DNA of 64,000 nt from Raillietiella orientalis (lineage: Eukaryota), in assembly GCA_036172245.1 (NCBI GenBank), contig JAYWIR010000020.1, positions 2,294,001 to 2,358,000 of the forward strand, written 5' to 3'. This document shows positions 13,401 to 26,612 of the stretch, piece after piece (the stretch's first letter is position 1; each line of letters begins with the position of its first letter). The notes under the pieces were generated by a model, which was not told the origin of the DNA, searched no databases, and worked only from the letters and a program-made list of their open reading frames with translations. The position numbers were made by a program, and so were the translations under genes.

Positions 13401-14329
13401 TTCGGACACGGGAACACAGGATACGCCACCCATCCTCATCAGGAAGATCATGCTTTTTGATTGCTGGGCTTTGATGATTTCCCGATGCAAGTAGAAAACT
13501 TAGATCCGTAACGGTTCTGTTTACGAAGTGAGTTTAGCATTGCGCGTTATCTGCTGCGTTCCTTGGGTCGAGGAGCTTTTCGGGTGAAAGCGGAAACAAC
13601 AACAAAAAAAAAATCCGCCTCTACTTTTCTACTAAGATCCTTTTTTTTTTTTTTTCGTTACAAATCAATCGACAAGGCACTTTTGTCGCAGGAGAGTTTT
13701 ACGAACGCTTCCACTCCGGTAGCACAGCAAGTGCAAACCGTCCCATGATTTGTACCCAAAAGTGGGGAAGTCCGAGGGAGAATTCCACACAGAGCTGTGC
13801 TGGTCGTTGCCAAGGATCTTCGGGGGGATCGTTTGCTCGAAAAATTGATCTTTCGGATTTTCGATCTCGGGGCACTTTACTCGAAGAGGGCCAACTTGGG
13901 AAGAACTTGTGCTCAGGTCATCCTTTTTTCTCATCACACGAAGTCAGCTCCTTTCTATGGTTGCATCTTCCAGATTTGTGTTTTCTTTCCTGCCATTGTG
14001 AACAGGCGTGGACTCGCAAGTGTTCGCAGCATTTGATGTGCACAAATGTTGAAGATTTATGGAATTATTCATGCAGCACGATGAGGAATCCGCCTTTCAA
14101 GCTGAATTCCGTCTACGAAACGCCGAAGATGTTCCGTAGACGGAATTGCAGTTTCATCAATTCATTATGCTGATCGGTTTCAGAAACCTCAGTCCGTTTT
14201 ATGGAAAGCATTATCAGTATTATGGTAATTTTTGGAAATAATTACTACTGAATGAAACTGTGATGGCCTCCGCACATGGTCCCAGAGCTTTAGCAATGAC
14301 AGAAAACAGCTCCTTCTAACACGCCATCG

Positions 14330-14480
14330 CAAACGAAGTTAGAGATGGGCAGCATAACGAAGCGGGGGGTGACTGGGTTCAGCAGTTTCCCTATTCGGAT
14401 GTTGTACATCTGGAGACACAAGAGAAGATGTGGCAAGACTTCTTTTCCCTCCATGCGCACACAGTGGGGGTGTTTTATTT
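14330..14480 (-). pseudogene. LINE C-terminal CCHC remnant
   Basis: PHCVRMEGKEVLPHLLLCLQMY resembles P.C..C...E...HLL..C. Confidence 0.3.
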
Positions 14481-16049
14481 CTCTTTTTAATTGCAATATT
14501 TCGGTTAATTGTGAGTAAAGATACAAAACGCTGCCTTTTGTCTTCGGTCCTTCTTATATTTTATGGTTTGGATTTCTTTTTTAGCAATTGATGGCCCGAC
14601 GATAGGGCGACGTTTCCGAAGGAGAAAATGTGGCAACACTTCGGTGGGCGATCAAAATTTCCTGAGCGTGGAGGCTGCCCATCCCTCCGAGATCAAAAGA
14701 ATGTAGCATTCCGGGCGGTTTATGAAGCCAATCTGGCGGCCTCGCAAGAACCGAGGCAAAGTCGTGTTTGTTTAAAACATGAGGAAGATTGTGGGGGACC
14801 CAGAAACTTTCGAAGGAAGACCGGAAAACAGGAAGACGAGGAAACAGGAATTCCGGAGGGACGGATTGGGAAGCCTCATTTGAGGCGTTCCCACATGATG
14901 AAGGGAATCATTGCGGATGCTCTGAAGCCTGCTTAAAAAGAAGAAAGGAAGTTTGAATCCAGAGGATTTTTTCGATTTCCAATCGCCTAAAAATAGGCGT
15001 CGTGAAAATCCACAGATAGTCCGGAAGACTTCAGCCATGATGTAAAGATAATAGTGGGAGGGGGGAGGTGTTCCAAGGTAATAGGTGAATGAATAAGAAA
15101 CAAACGCTGCAGACATAGAAAGCCACCTAGGTCGAGGCAAATGTGAAACTGCTCAAGCATTTCAATTTGGTGAACGCAGCTTTGTCTATCTCACTTTCCA
15201 ACACCTTCCAAGATTCTCCATGATACTGTACGGAAAGGGATTTCTGTACAACCGAAACATTTTACTCCTGAAGCCAATCCATCTGTCCTAGAGATCTTTC
15301 GATCCTCCTCTACGGAAGATCGAAAAACATCGGACAATTCTCCAAAATAAGAATTCTTCTCGTGAGGAGCGAATCCAACTCTTAAAAATGCAAGAGGAAT
15401 CGTGGAAAAGACTTCTCGGCGGGCACACAACATTCCCGGCGACTTCGTCCACGGGTTTCACCGGAATTCCCGGGAACGGCGAGGTAAAGACAGCACGCGG
15501 GGAACAGAGTCCACCTGAGGACTTTGTCCCGTAAAACGAAAGACGGACGAGAGCGCAAAATTTTGCTGAGCAGGCATTGCTGAAAGACCTGGAAAACCCG
15601 GAATCGACATCCATGATTAATTTTGGAGAGAAAGAGAGAGGGAGACAAAAAAAAAAAGAAAACCCAACGTTCTTTCTGATGTCGGAAACGAAAACGGATT
15701 TCCCGTCTGAACGTGACGCATCACTCAGTGAGCCACGTCGGGAATGAATTATGACTCTCGGGAAGTTGAGAAAGAGCAAATTAAAAGCTTCGGGATTTCG
15801 TGATCTGTTATCCTCAAGACAAATCGATAATCCATCGTTTTCACGGAATAAAAAAGGATTATTTACAGAAAGAAAGTGCAGCGTCATGAAGGAAAACAAC
15901 GGCGAGCAAACAGGAAAACTTTCCTGCGCCGGCGTGGAAGTCCCGCGGACGAAAGCTGTCTTTCGCAGAGAGCAGCATCCGAAGAATAGGCCCCACTGTT
16001 CACGCTGAAGGCTCTTCTCGGAAAACTTTACACAAGCAATTTCTGGACA

Positions 16050-19000
16050 AGTGCTGACGCAACGTCTGCTCTTCGGTTGCCACATCCGTCCGGATTCACT
16101 CGCCTCACAGAATGAGGAATCTTCGCACATCTCGCGCATGACGAAGAAGGTGCAGCAGGTGGTCTCAGGAGGAAACACGGGTACTGATCTGCGAGATTTA
16201 TCTTTTGAAGGAGGCTTAGTGGTGGGGAATCACGCGGTGCTTTGCAAGTTCCCTAAACATGACATCCGTGATGGCGGTTTTGTCTTCCTAACTGATTCTT
16301 CGTTTAAGAAAGTGCAATTCTCTTTGAATTGCACTCAGGTGAATGGTCAAAGAAGAGACCCAAACTGGATATCCTTCGGACAAAGAGAACAACCCTCAGC
16401 AGAAGAAATGCGCCTATGAAGGAGAATTGGTTTAAGTTTCTTTCAGAAGCATTCAGACCACATTCCTTTCCCGGTTCGACTTGGAGGTCGACGCCGAACA
16501 GCAACCAACACAGAATCACACCGGTCCTAAGAGGTTGAAAACAAGTGGTTTGAAGATCCAGGAGTTCCTTCTCATCCTGGAGGAAGGAATTTAAAGAAGG
16601 AACAGTTCTGAACTGGGGGTGCTTATTAGGAATCCATCATGTCTGTGTGACTGCTGCGCATCCATGGAAAGGTTCATTTTGGATCCTTTTTTTTTGTTTA
16701 AAAAAACAAAACGAAAGATGGTTCAACTATCGAGGAAAAGGCTCGTGTTTCTATCCTCTGTGTATGAATCCTTAGAAGAATATGTACTAACAAGAGGTAA
16801 GAAACACGAAGTTCTTGATTTCTCTTCAAGGCCGCTGAAACACATCTTGCCTACGCCTGTGCTTGATATCTTCTAGATGAAGGTGGACGTGACTTGCCCT
16901 CTTCATCCTCAGCCCGAGGTTTGATTCACACAAATCCTTCTACAGTCGTTGTTTACTTGGTAGATTTATTGCTTACCTTGATCTGCAGTTCTACAAACAC
17001 GTGACTATTCATAGATCAACTGCTGGGTTTCCTAGGAGAGCGCGATATCAAGACATGATGCATTTCTTGTACCATTGGATCGAAGTCATCAAGACTGCTG
17101 GCAAGATCCGTGGAGACCCCAAATTGGTTTCTGGAATGTCAAGCAGTCCCATTCTAATCCAATATGTGTATGTCCTTCCGTATTGTTTGTGAATGGATAC
17201 GCGTCTCAGCTAGAGGCCGGGATTCGGCAAAGCTCTCAAGAGGAACGGTGTGTTCGGTTTTAAAGCCGAGTGTTCTTTCCGAGGGAAAGGTTTCTTTCTC
17301 TCAACATCCGGATAAGATCAGCACTTTCATGAGGAGCCTGACTGGAGCTTCTGAGAAAGGTGTACCCCATGTAATCATTTCTAAGGCAGGCGCGAATTTC
17401 TTGGTCGGAAGACCGCGATTAACGCATTATTGTTATATGGCATCAGGAAGGCGGAGGTCATTTTCTCATCCTTTCCTTGTAGTTTTGTGGTTTAGCATGT
17501 TGGCTATTTGTTCTCGAGGCCTTTCTTGCATCTTGGACGGAGCAGGAGTATTTTGCCGAGTGTGGTTTTTTTATTTTTGTGTTTCCAGACTTTCCACACA
17601 AGCAGTTTTCAGGGTAACTTTCAAGGGAATGAAAGGTGGAACGGCAAAAGGAAGGAACCGTCTCATGAGGTGGACAGCCGAACGATGCATTTGCAGTACT
17701 TTGAACAGGCACAGCTGTTGGAGGATTTGATTTCAAATGGATTCATTGCCATGGTACACCGATCTCACACCTAGCAGTAGGAAACGGTTCACCATGCAGG
17801 AGCAGAGTTCCCTTCCGCAAGAAAGGATGCCACTCGGAAAATCAGTTACTTTCCAGATTAGAGGTTCCTTCAGATGTCTTCCTCTGATGACAGCGCACGA
17901 CCTGTGGAAGTACGAGGCGCATTTCAAAAGTAGGGGCGGATCCAGAGGAAATTCGTGAGCCCCAGGCGAATGGTTCTTGAGTATTAGGGAAGGGCATCAG
18001 TCAGGAGACCAAACAGGACACGTTCTCTTTCCATTCGCTTGGAAATAAGTCAAAAAATAGGCCCCAACTGATGTCTATTTATCGGAATGAATATGTCGTG
18101 CGAGCCGAGACAGTTCAAGATGGAGTCGCTGAAGAGCCTCGTATCATCAGTGCAAAATAATTCATCCCACTCACGAGTGCACGAAACTGTCAATCAGCAA
18201 CCGTAATCATTATCAAAGGCTTTTTGATGTAATTCGTCTTTTTATTCAAGCATTTTTATACCATGTGTGTTCCATTCAGTTACATACAGTGGAGAGCCCA
18301 TTGGAGCACATACATGACATGGAGGGATGAATTCTTGGCAATCCATGAAAGACAATCAAGAAAGCCTGGAAGAGGAGATTCAGTGGAAATCCAGTAAGAT
18401 CTTCTAAACCTTAACTGGAATTTGTCCTGGAGATGGAACGTTTTGGTCCCTGCAGATGATATGGGATGTGGGAAGGCACTTGATGGAGGATGCCCGCTAT
18501 CACTGCCGAGTTGGCTGTCGGTGGCCAGTTCCGCTAGGAAGCGACATCGTCCTAAACATGAGAGATCTTTCCGTCTTTCGCAACCAGAATCGTTAGGAAG
18601 ACCTACAAAGGTCCTATTCGCAATAAAACCCTTCTTCTATGAGAGCTCCATCACATTCATTAGAGACTGACACATTAATCTTGGTTGCCACAAGGAAAAA
18701 AAATCATCCACCCACCCATCCACACACACAAACAAACATAAAGTAAAGCTAAAGATGCTAGTTTCGAAATCCAAGAGAAGACAAGGTTGAAAAATTCTCT
18801 TGAAAGTATGAAAAACAATTAAATTTTCAAAGAGTTAATGAATGGATGAAGTAGAGATAGTCTGGTTTCATCAGGAAGACACGGATTAAACAGGAAAAAG
18901 GCATTCTTCTATTGCGGTCGGACGTGAACTTACATGAGATGGTCTACGCTGGTAATCCGAATGGTAATGGTCGAGGAGAGCATCTGTATCATATTAGAAC

Positions 19001-20090
19001 CATTGAAGAAGTTCTGGACAGATCTTTGCTTGGAGTAGGCTTCAAAGACACGACCTGTTTGAGAAAGTTTTACTCTCAGCTGATCCACAGGATGTGAGTA
19101 GAACATGAGACAGTGAACATGCATGATTTACAGTGACTGGTAGGTTGCCTGGAAGTCCTTCATTTAAGACGCACGTCAAGCTTGAATACCAGAGCACCAT
19201 CCATTTGAAAGACCTCTGTTGATCGAATCACAGATTCATTTCTCTGAAGACAAAACGGAAGAATCAGTTCATCGTCTTCTACGAAATCATCCATCATTCG
19301 AAGGTCTTCCTCTGAGATTCCTCAACTCAAACGTATCACTTTTCTATCATCAACTGTTGAGGAAAGGATTCAAGGAGAACAGAAGTGTGAGAGATCATCT
19401 TTCCATCCTTCTTAGCAGTCTAACATCCTCGTCTCAGTCCCGAACCTTTGAACCGCACCCTTTGCATAGGAAGAGTCCCTCGTTGCAAGGGTTTCGAGTC
19501 TCCTGGAAGATGATGACATCGACCACCAGATGGGTCCGTGGCATATTTCGGGCCAGAAAAGGAGCACACCAGCAGAAAGAAGGGAGCGATGAAATTCAGG
19601 AGAGGTGACATCATCCTGAATATGAAGAGGGGGAAGTTTTGGTCTCAAAGAAGCACTGCGATTCGAAAATTCGGACTCAGCACATTTGGAGCTATTCTCA
19701 AGGCAGTGGGAGGAGAAGAATCACTCCCTAACCTTCCGTTTGGTGGCCACCAATTGGCCATTTGGTGGCCAATGAGCTCTTCATGAAGAGAGAGAGAGGA
19801 GCCAAGGGACAGCTCGCATCTCGAAATCTGGCAACAAGAATTCTCGATTGAAACTTTCCTCTGAAATGCTGAAATGTATCCTTTCTTCTCTCCTGTTCTC
19901 ACGTACCAGAGAAAAAGGAATGATGGGATGTCGTGACCATGGCATCGAACAGTCGTGCATCCTAGTTCTTAACAAAAAAAGGTCTTCACGAACAGCCTCA
20001 CATCTTAACACCAACATTCCTCCCGCAATTAAAACACTTGAATCCCTGGAGTTTCCTCTTCCCATGGATGGCTTGAAGACCACAAATTAA
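16050..20090 (+). pseudogene. Decayed L1-like ORF2 remnants (one or two copies)
   Basis: NHAVLCKF...GGFVFLTDSSF (like endonuclease end SDH..V...G.WKLN.S), VNGYASQLEAGIRQS (like VNG..S....GVRQG), GGEESLPNLPF...IW (like zf-RVT). Confidence 0.4.
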
Positions 20091-20494
20091 AATGTTTCTG
20101 GAAAGAAAAAGAAGATATTTTTCCCGATGGCATTAGCAGAGTTGAGTAAATCATATCGTCATTCAATTATGTTGTTGATATGTGTACATGATGTGCATGA
20201 ATAATGTAAGTCGAACGGGCTCTATAAATACGACGAACAAACCATATAAATAGGTGCACTGATGTTATGGATGATGAGGATCGACGGTCTACATAAGCGG
20301 GTGCAGATAGTAGACAGACTTTTTTTTTTTTTTTTAGTAATATGTACAAGCTGAGCGTACGGGACGAGCTTTGTTGCTCCTTCAGCTTTGGAGACCTGAA
20401 AAAGATGAACTGGTTAATGATAAACTGTCACCGGAAGCGCGTGAAAAGGGAAAAGAGGAAAAAGGCTTCTGTCTTGCCTGTTTTTTCCTTCCAG

Positions 20495-20945
20495 TTTTTT
20501 TTTTTTTTTTCTTCGGGTTTTCTTTTGTTTGGTTCGCTGAGTACCTCAAGTGCCGTCGCGTGCCTCGCGGCGCACGTGGCTCTTTTAACACTGTTCCACG
20601 CCACCCGCGGAGAGTGCGGGAAATTCTTCAAGATAGCGGGCACACCGGTAGGGGGGTTCGGCCAATGAATCCAGGAAGGGCTCGGAATCCGTTCTTCTCA
20701 CGCCTGGGGAGGGATCACCCCTGGAAAGGGAGAGATCGCACCTCCACTCTGGTTGTCTCCGAAGGGGATCCCTCCCCAGGCGTGAGAGAAACGGACTCCG
20801 CGTCCTTCCTGGATTCATAGGGCGGACCCCTACCGGGGTGCCCCCTATCTTGAAGAATTACCCACCCTCGAGTGGCGTGGAACCGTGTAGAAGGGCTTGA
20901 AGACAGAAAAGAAAGGATTTCCATCATCACAAAAAAAAAAAAAAA
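20495..20945. repeat. Fold-back (inverted) pair of SINE 3' ends
   Basis: 20590-20725 is the reverse complement of 20760-20887 (e.g. TTCCACGCCAC/GTGGCGTGGAA, TTCTTCAAGATAG/CTATCTTGAAGAA, ATGAATCCAGGAAGG/CCTTCCTGGATTCAT, TCACGCCTGGGGAGGGATC/GATCCCTCCCCAGGCGTGA). Poly(T) on the left and poly(A) on the right. Confidence 0.85.
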
Positions 20946-21615
20946 GACGAAATGGTAAGAGCTGGAAAACACACCCACCCACAACGAAGGGATCGCTTCT
21001 CCCTGTATCCTGAGGAACTCTGGTGGAAACCGCTGACCCAGACCCTCGGTAGATGCAACCTCGTTTCTGGAAATTCTCTGGAGTTTCAGAGAGTGAATGC
21101 CCGTGTCTGGGAACTTTGGGCTCTTTGCGGAATGAGGTGGGATAGGGAACAGGGATTCTCCTCTTCCACGAAACAAAATGCACACATCTCAGGCGTGTGC
21201 TTGTGCAAAAAAAAACTTCATATTGAGCTGGAAAAGTGAAAGTCATATAGCGATTCAAAGCTACCATTTCTGAGCAAATTCATCTTCCATCTGATCCCTG
21301 ATTTCTCATTAGCTCAAAGTGGGTCGGGCCCAACTTGTCAGGAAAAAAGCTCTCAATGGGAAAAAAATTTCCAAAGGGAGCAGGAGGTGATTGATTTTCC
21401 GCGTCAAGTCACTGAACTGCCGGTTGGATTTTCGGGTGAAAGCCGGCCGGGGCGCCTGCAAAGAAGGAGCGTGGACCTGCGATGCTTCACGTAAAAAGTC
21501 TTGGAACGTAAAGTGACCCTGACTGAGACTCCGCGTTCTGAATGAGTTCGAAAGTCTCCTGAATGGCTGGGAAGCGATGAAGAGAGGATCGGAACGCAGC
21601 CTTCGAAAGCCCCCC

Positions 21616-21712
21616 AATGGTTCCATTAAAATGGACGGTTCCAAAAGAAGATGCTGCTGCACGGCCAACGGTTCCATTAGAATGGACGGTTCCAAAAGAA
21701 GACGCTGCTGCT
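21616..21712. repeat. Tandem duplication, 51-bp unit x about 2
   Basis: AAYGGTTCCATTARAATGGACGGTTCCAAAAGAAGAYGCTGCTGC starts at 21616 and 21667. Confidence 0.9.
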
Positions 21713-21724
21713 GTTATTCAAATG

Positions 21725-23074
21725 CCATCGAATCTCCCGGTGCCAATCATAAAAATAAATTCATATGTTCAATATGCATATCTTGGAATATATTCTGAAG
21801 ATCATAAAAAGTAAACACAAGTGTGTATGTATTCATATGCAAATTTATTTTAGAATGCCTATTAATATTTATTCATTAATAATACATTTTAATGAGATAT
21901 TGATCTATATATGCATAGGGATTATTATGCAACTTCATTTTTTAATATGTATTGATACGCATGTTATTAACGGTAATATTTTTATATATACAGTCGTTAA
22001 TATTATTAATATAGGTAATAATGTTTCTTATATATATTAGTATATAGATAGATAAATATATAGATGAATACATAGATATTGAGATTAGAAAAAATAAATA
22101 CGTATGCTTACTATGTATGCATATGCATATATATGTATTAATATATCTTTAAGATATATTGATAACATATTAATGCATATCAATTAATCAATAATCTATG
22201 ATAAGGAATATTAATCAAGATGTATGTTAAGATACAGTTGAAAATACATATGCAATAAACGTGTATATATTTTTTCTATAATCCTAACATCTATATAATC
22301 ACGTATATATTAACCTATCTATATATTAATATATAGGTAGGTTAATATATATTAATATATAGATATATATATTAATATATAGATATATATATTAATATAT
22401 AGACAGGTTAATAGATAGATAAGAAACATATCATTACTTATATTAATATTAACAAATGTATATGTAAAAATATTGCCCTTAATAATATGCACATCAATAA
22501 ATATTAATAAATGAAGTTGCATAATAATCTGCATGCATATATAGATCAATATCCATTAACATGTATTATGCATTAATTATTACGTATTAATACGTTAGTA
22601 ATACGTTCCAAAAATTATAAAAATAAATACGTTTGTTTATTATGTACGTTAATATATACGTAGACATGTTTATGCATATAATTAATATATATTACATGAA
22701 TATATAAAAATGGATTTTTTTTTCTTTTAAAGAGTATTCTGACAATCAAAAATATTGGAAAAAAACAAAAAAAAGCAAATACGTTAAAAACGAATAGAAA
22801 TTTTGCATTTCATTCTTCTATCATTTCCAACACTCGATGGACACTTCCTCAGTGGACGATGAATTCTATTTTCTGGATTTTAATCGTTCGATGTGCATAA
22901 CTTGACATTTATACATTCATTCCATATGCATCTGTTACATAGACATGAGTATGTTGATCTGTATATAAATATGTGTATCAATGTATATATAATAAACATG
23001 TGTATTTATTCTCAAGATCTTTAGGGACCGCGGTCGCTGGGGATGCCGGCGTTCGGGATGTTGGACCAGCTCCC
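21725..23074. mobile_element. AT-rich foldback-like element FB1 (left end poorly defined)
   Basis: Right terminus GATCTTTAGGGACC...GTTCGGGATGTTGGACCAGCTCCC (23016-23074) matches the family terminus. Internal inverted repeat 21881-22040 / 22409-22567. Very AT-rich core. Confidence 0.5.
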
Positions 23075-23962
23075 TACATGCTGAATGTGTTCAGCATCTT
23101 CCCCATGATGAACACATTCAGCGAGGTAGTGTTCTTTATCCGTGTTCCAGTTAATAAGTACAAGGAAATCCATCTGGAGCAAGTGTACCTGTACAGAACG
23201 ACTAACGTACACGTGCGTAATACCTCACACGGAACTGCATGCATTTATAAGGAATATAGTGCACGCTGACTACCTTGTTGACCCTGTGAAGCCACAGACC
23301 CTTTTATGTTGAAAGTGCAAAATTTCTCTAATAGATTTATTTTGTGTTCATAGCATGAAAGCGCTTCATGAATGAGTAGATGGAAAACTCGACTTCGGCT
23401 GCTACATCCCTCATCCCTTCAAGGGAAATGCTGCAGCAGTTTCATTTTCTTTCGTCTTTGTTTTCCTTTTTACAGAACACAACTTACAACACATGTGCCA
23501 CAAGCTCTGACATAAACTGGTCCATGTGACCTAGCTCCTGCGCCCTGTTCCTACTATTTTCATCAAGTTAGTTTGAACTACCAGCTAGTGGGTTCTTCAC
23601 CCTCGTTCCTGTTTATCGAACAACCGATTTTCACCCTCATGCTTCCTTGGCATCCTTGACTCCATCTTTGATAGGCGTTTCCGACACAGACGCACGCCGG
23701 GAATGCACGCTCAGGATTCCTGAGTAATCCGACCGACTCCAGAAAGCAGCGGTCTCCTGGCTACGCTGAGGTGATGGACGTCCAGAAGAGGGACAGCTGC
23801 CACCGGCAGGAGATTTCGAGACCTCTCCTGGAAACAAGCTGATGGAAAGCTGGGAAAGCATGAGGGGAGGAGGGAGAACGTGCACCACTTTGCATCTGCG
23901 ATCTCGAGCACAGTGGATCTCGAATGGACCAGTTCATTTGCAACCTCCATCCCTAGGGAAAC

Positions 23963-25047
23963 GGAGTTTGCTTAAAAATGGCGAACGCGGAAGTCCCGAA
24001 AGATCAAAAGCAAAATACATATTAATAAATATGTCTAGTAAAATAAATTTGTATATATATATGTGTGTGTGTGTGTGTTGTGATCCGATATATACATATG
24101 TTTATATTAACATCGAATTACGAAAAATAAATACACACGTTTATTATGCATATACATATTAATGTGCATGAGAAGTGGATATGTTTATTTTTTATGATAT
24201 TTAAAACATATATTGAACTATATATAAATAAATATATTGATATATAGAATAAACTTGCGTATTTATTTTTTTCCCATTCGATATTCGCATATGCATTTCA
24301 TAAATGTTTGTTATATATATAAATATGTACGAATATATATAATAAGCACATATATTCATTCTTTATGATCTTCAACATATATTGGTCAATAATATGTTAG
24401 CAGGTGTTTTATTAATTATACCCAAAATATGTGTTAATAAATATTGATGAAGATGTATATCAACATGATATTAATATTAATAAAATGTATGTTTAAATGA
24501 ATTTAACATTTTAATTGGATATTTCTTTTTTTCCTGAGGTAACGAAATCCGTTTCCCATGCCCCCACAAAATTCGTGAACAAAACATTTCCCACGTATCC
24601 ATGACTACAAAACAAACAGAATTCTTCCGTAAATGTCAGCTGAAAGATCTCATGTTATACCTGCATATTTTATTTTATTTGGAGATTTGAATCAAATGCA
24701 TGTAAACAAGTTGTTAACACATATTCATGTTATAATTAATAATATCTGCTAATATACTATTAACATACATGCGTTGAAGATTATAAAAAATGAATATATA
24801 TGCTTATTGTATGTATTCGTATATATTTAAATATATAATAAACATGTATGAAATGAATATATGAATATGGAAGCATAAAAAAATAAATACACACGCGTGT
24901 ACTACATACGCCAATATTTGTGTGTTCGAAATGAATTTCTATATTAATCTATATCTGAATTATGTATATCGATGTACCACAATGAGCACATATGTTTCTT
25001 CCTTATGATCTTTCGAGGTTTCGGCCATTCGGGATTTTGATGGGACC
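23963..25047. mobile_element. AT-rich foldback-like element FB2
   Basis: Left GGAG...GCGAACGCGGAAGTCCCGAAAGATC and right GATCTTTCGAGGTTTCGGCCATTCGGGATTTTGA are inverted termini. Internal inverted repeat 24259-24440 / 24711-24890. Confidence 0.6.
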
Positions 25048-25719
25048 GTTGGCAAAGAACCAGCTCGACGTGACTCTTTCCCTCATGTGCCCCTGCCTTG
25101 GTTGCCATGGGAACTTGACGGATTTCTTCGAGGAGCACTCGGGCCGCCTACCGCAGCAACGGTCCGTGAATGTCGAGGGCTACAGGAAAATTCGGGTGCA
25201 CCATCGATGACTCTTTCTCAGAAAGAATGGAAAATAATCAGTTCTTACGAGATTCTTACAAAAAAAGAAAAAGAAAAAGAAAGAAGGAAAAGAGTGAAAA
25301 AGAATGAGGCAGCTTTGAGTTTTGGAACGGTTTCTCATGAGAGAAAAGAATAAATAAGAATAGCTTCAGGTGACAAAAGAATAAAGCCCCATGAATCCGT
25401 ACAAAGGCGATTTAGAAAGGAAAAAAAAAATTGCGCATGCCCAGTGTTATGCAGGCGATGGAAATAACGCAAATCGCTTTTTAAAAAATGCTCAAGAGGA
25501 CCTAAAACTAACAGCTGAGAGGCTGGATGGGTCGTTTTAAAACCATTAGGCACAAACAAACGTGATCTTTCAGCTGACGTTTACGGAAGAATTCTGTTTG
25601 TTTAGTAGTCATGGATACTTGAGAAACCTTTTGTTCACGAATTTTGTGATGGCAGCCGGGAAACGGATTTCGTTACTTAAGGGGGGGAAAAAAAAAGAAA
25701 AAATATCGAATTAAAATGT
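24506..25719. repeat. Inverted repeat pair 24506-24649 / 25564-25719
   Basis: AACGAAATCCGTTTCCC, CACAAAATTCGTGAACAAAA and AAACAGAATTCTTCCGTAAA.GTCAGCTGAAAGATC all occur reverse-complemented at 25564-25719. Confidence 0.9.
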
Positions 25720-26059
25720 CTGAGGTCCTGAATTAGAAAGTTGATCTCTGCGTTACCGAGGAGAAAGCCAGGAAAATGCTTTGAATATGTAAATCACCAA
25801 ATCCTGGCTGGTCTTGTCCCCAATCGTGTTATGCTGGTGCGGAATCAGCAAGACTCCGTTTTTTTCTTCTTCTCACGAAGCATCTAAGGAAGCTGCAGTA
25901 TCCCTCGGCAACGGTTTGCGCTGAGACGACCACACGGATTCAGCAGGGCGGGCGCAAGCAAATCGGCGAAGGGACAGGGGCGAGTTGGGGAGGTTGGGAC
26001 CAAAGGCCGGCTACGGGTTTCACATCGGCAGCTTCCCCCGCGCGCCAGCTGGCGTGGGC

Positions 26060-26240
26060 CCTTCGAGTGCGAAAGGAAAAAGCCTTTTCAGGATGGGCCG
26101 CCCCTACGTCGCGCTACTTGGCGGGTGTCAGGGGGTGGTCCAGTTGTCCAGAGGCGTTCCACGTGCTTAAACGGGTCGGAGTTTCCCGTGCCCCTCTCTC
26201 TCTATTGCCGGATCGGCTGGAAGATCACTTGCAGCCGAAA
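26060..26240 (+). pseudogene. L1-like RT remnant
   Basis: KEKAFS...FHVLKRVGVSRAPLSLL resembles QEKAFD...F.V.RGVRQGCPLSPLL, with shortened spacing. Confidence 0.35.
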
Positions 26241-26612
26241 GGCAGTCGGGGGTGGAATGTGCCGTTCGCAGAGAGGCACCGAAGGACGGCATGCACGAGA
26301 CACGTCTTGCTCGCAGCCCCGCGCGCGCCACTCCTCCCGTTTACTCGCGCCACTCGCGAAGACGTGGGAGCACGGAGCCGGGAACAGCGGGGCGGGCGTG
26401 GCTGGTGCGTCGGCGGCCACGGGAGGGATGCGGGAGAGTTTCGCTCCCTTTTGGTGACGAGTGGACGATGTCCGATCCTCGCCCCAGCTGCCCGACTTTC
26501 GTGGCGGCTGACCTTGCTGCCTCCTTCGGCAGTTTGTCTTTTCCTTGCCGGCGTTCGGTACAGAAAGCAAAGGAAACTAATAGGAGCCTCTGGGGTGACC
26601 TTTGAGACTAAA

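Noticed and set aside
15288..16178. 296-aa minus-strand ORF
   Set aside because: Low-information composition, antisense to probable LINE remnant sequence, and no recognisable motifs.
23021..23212. Integrase-like GIPSDRGP in a minus-strand ORF
   Set aside because: The motif falls exactly on the FB1 right terminal repeat (ATCCCGAA-type sub-repeats), so it is most likely a chance translation.
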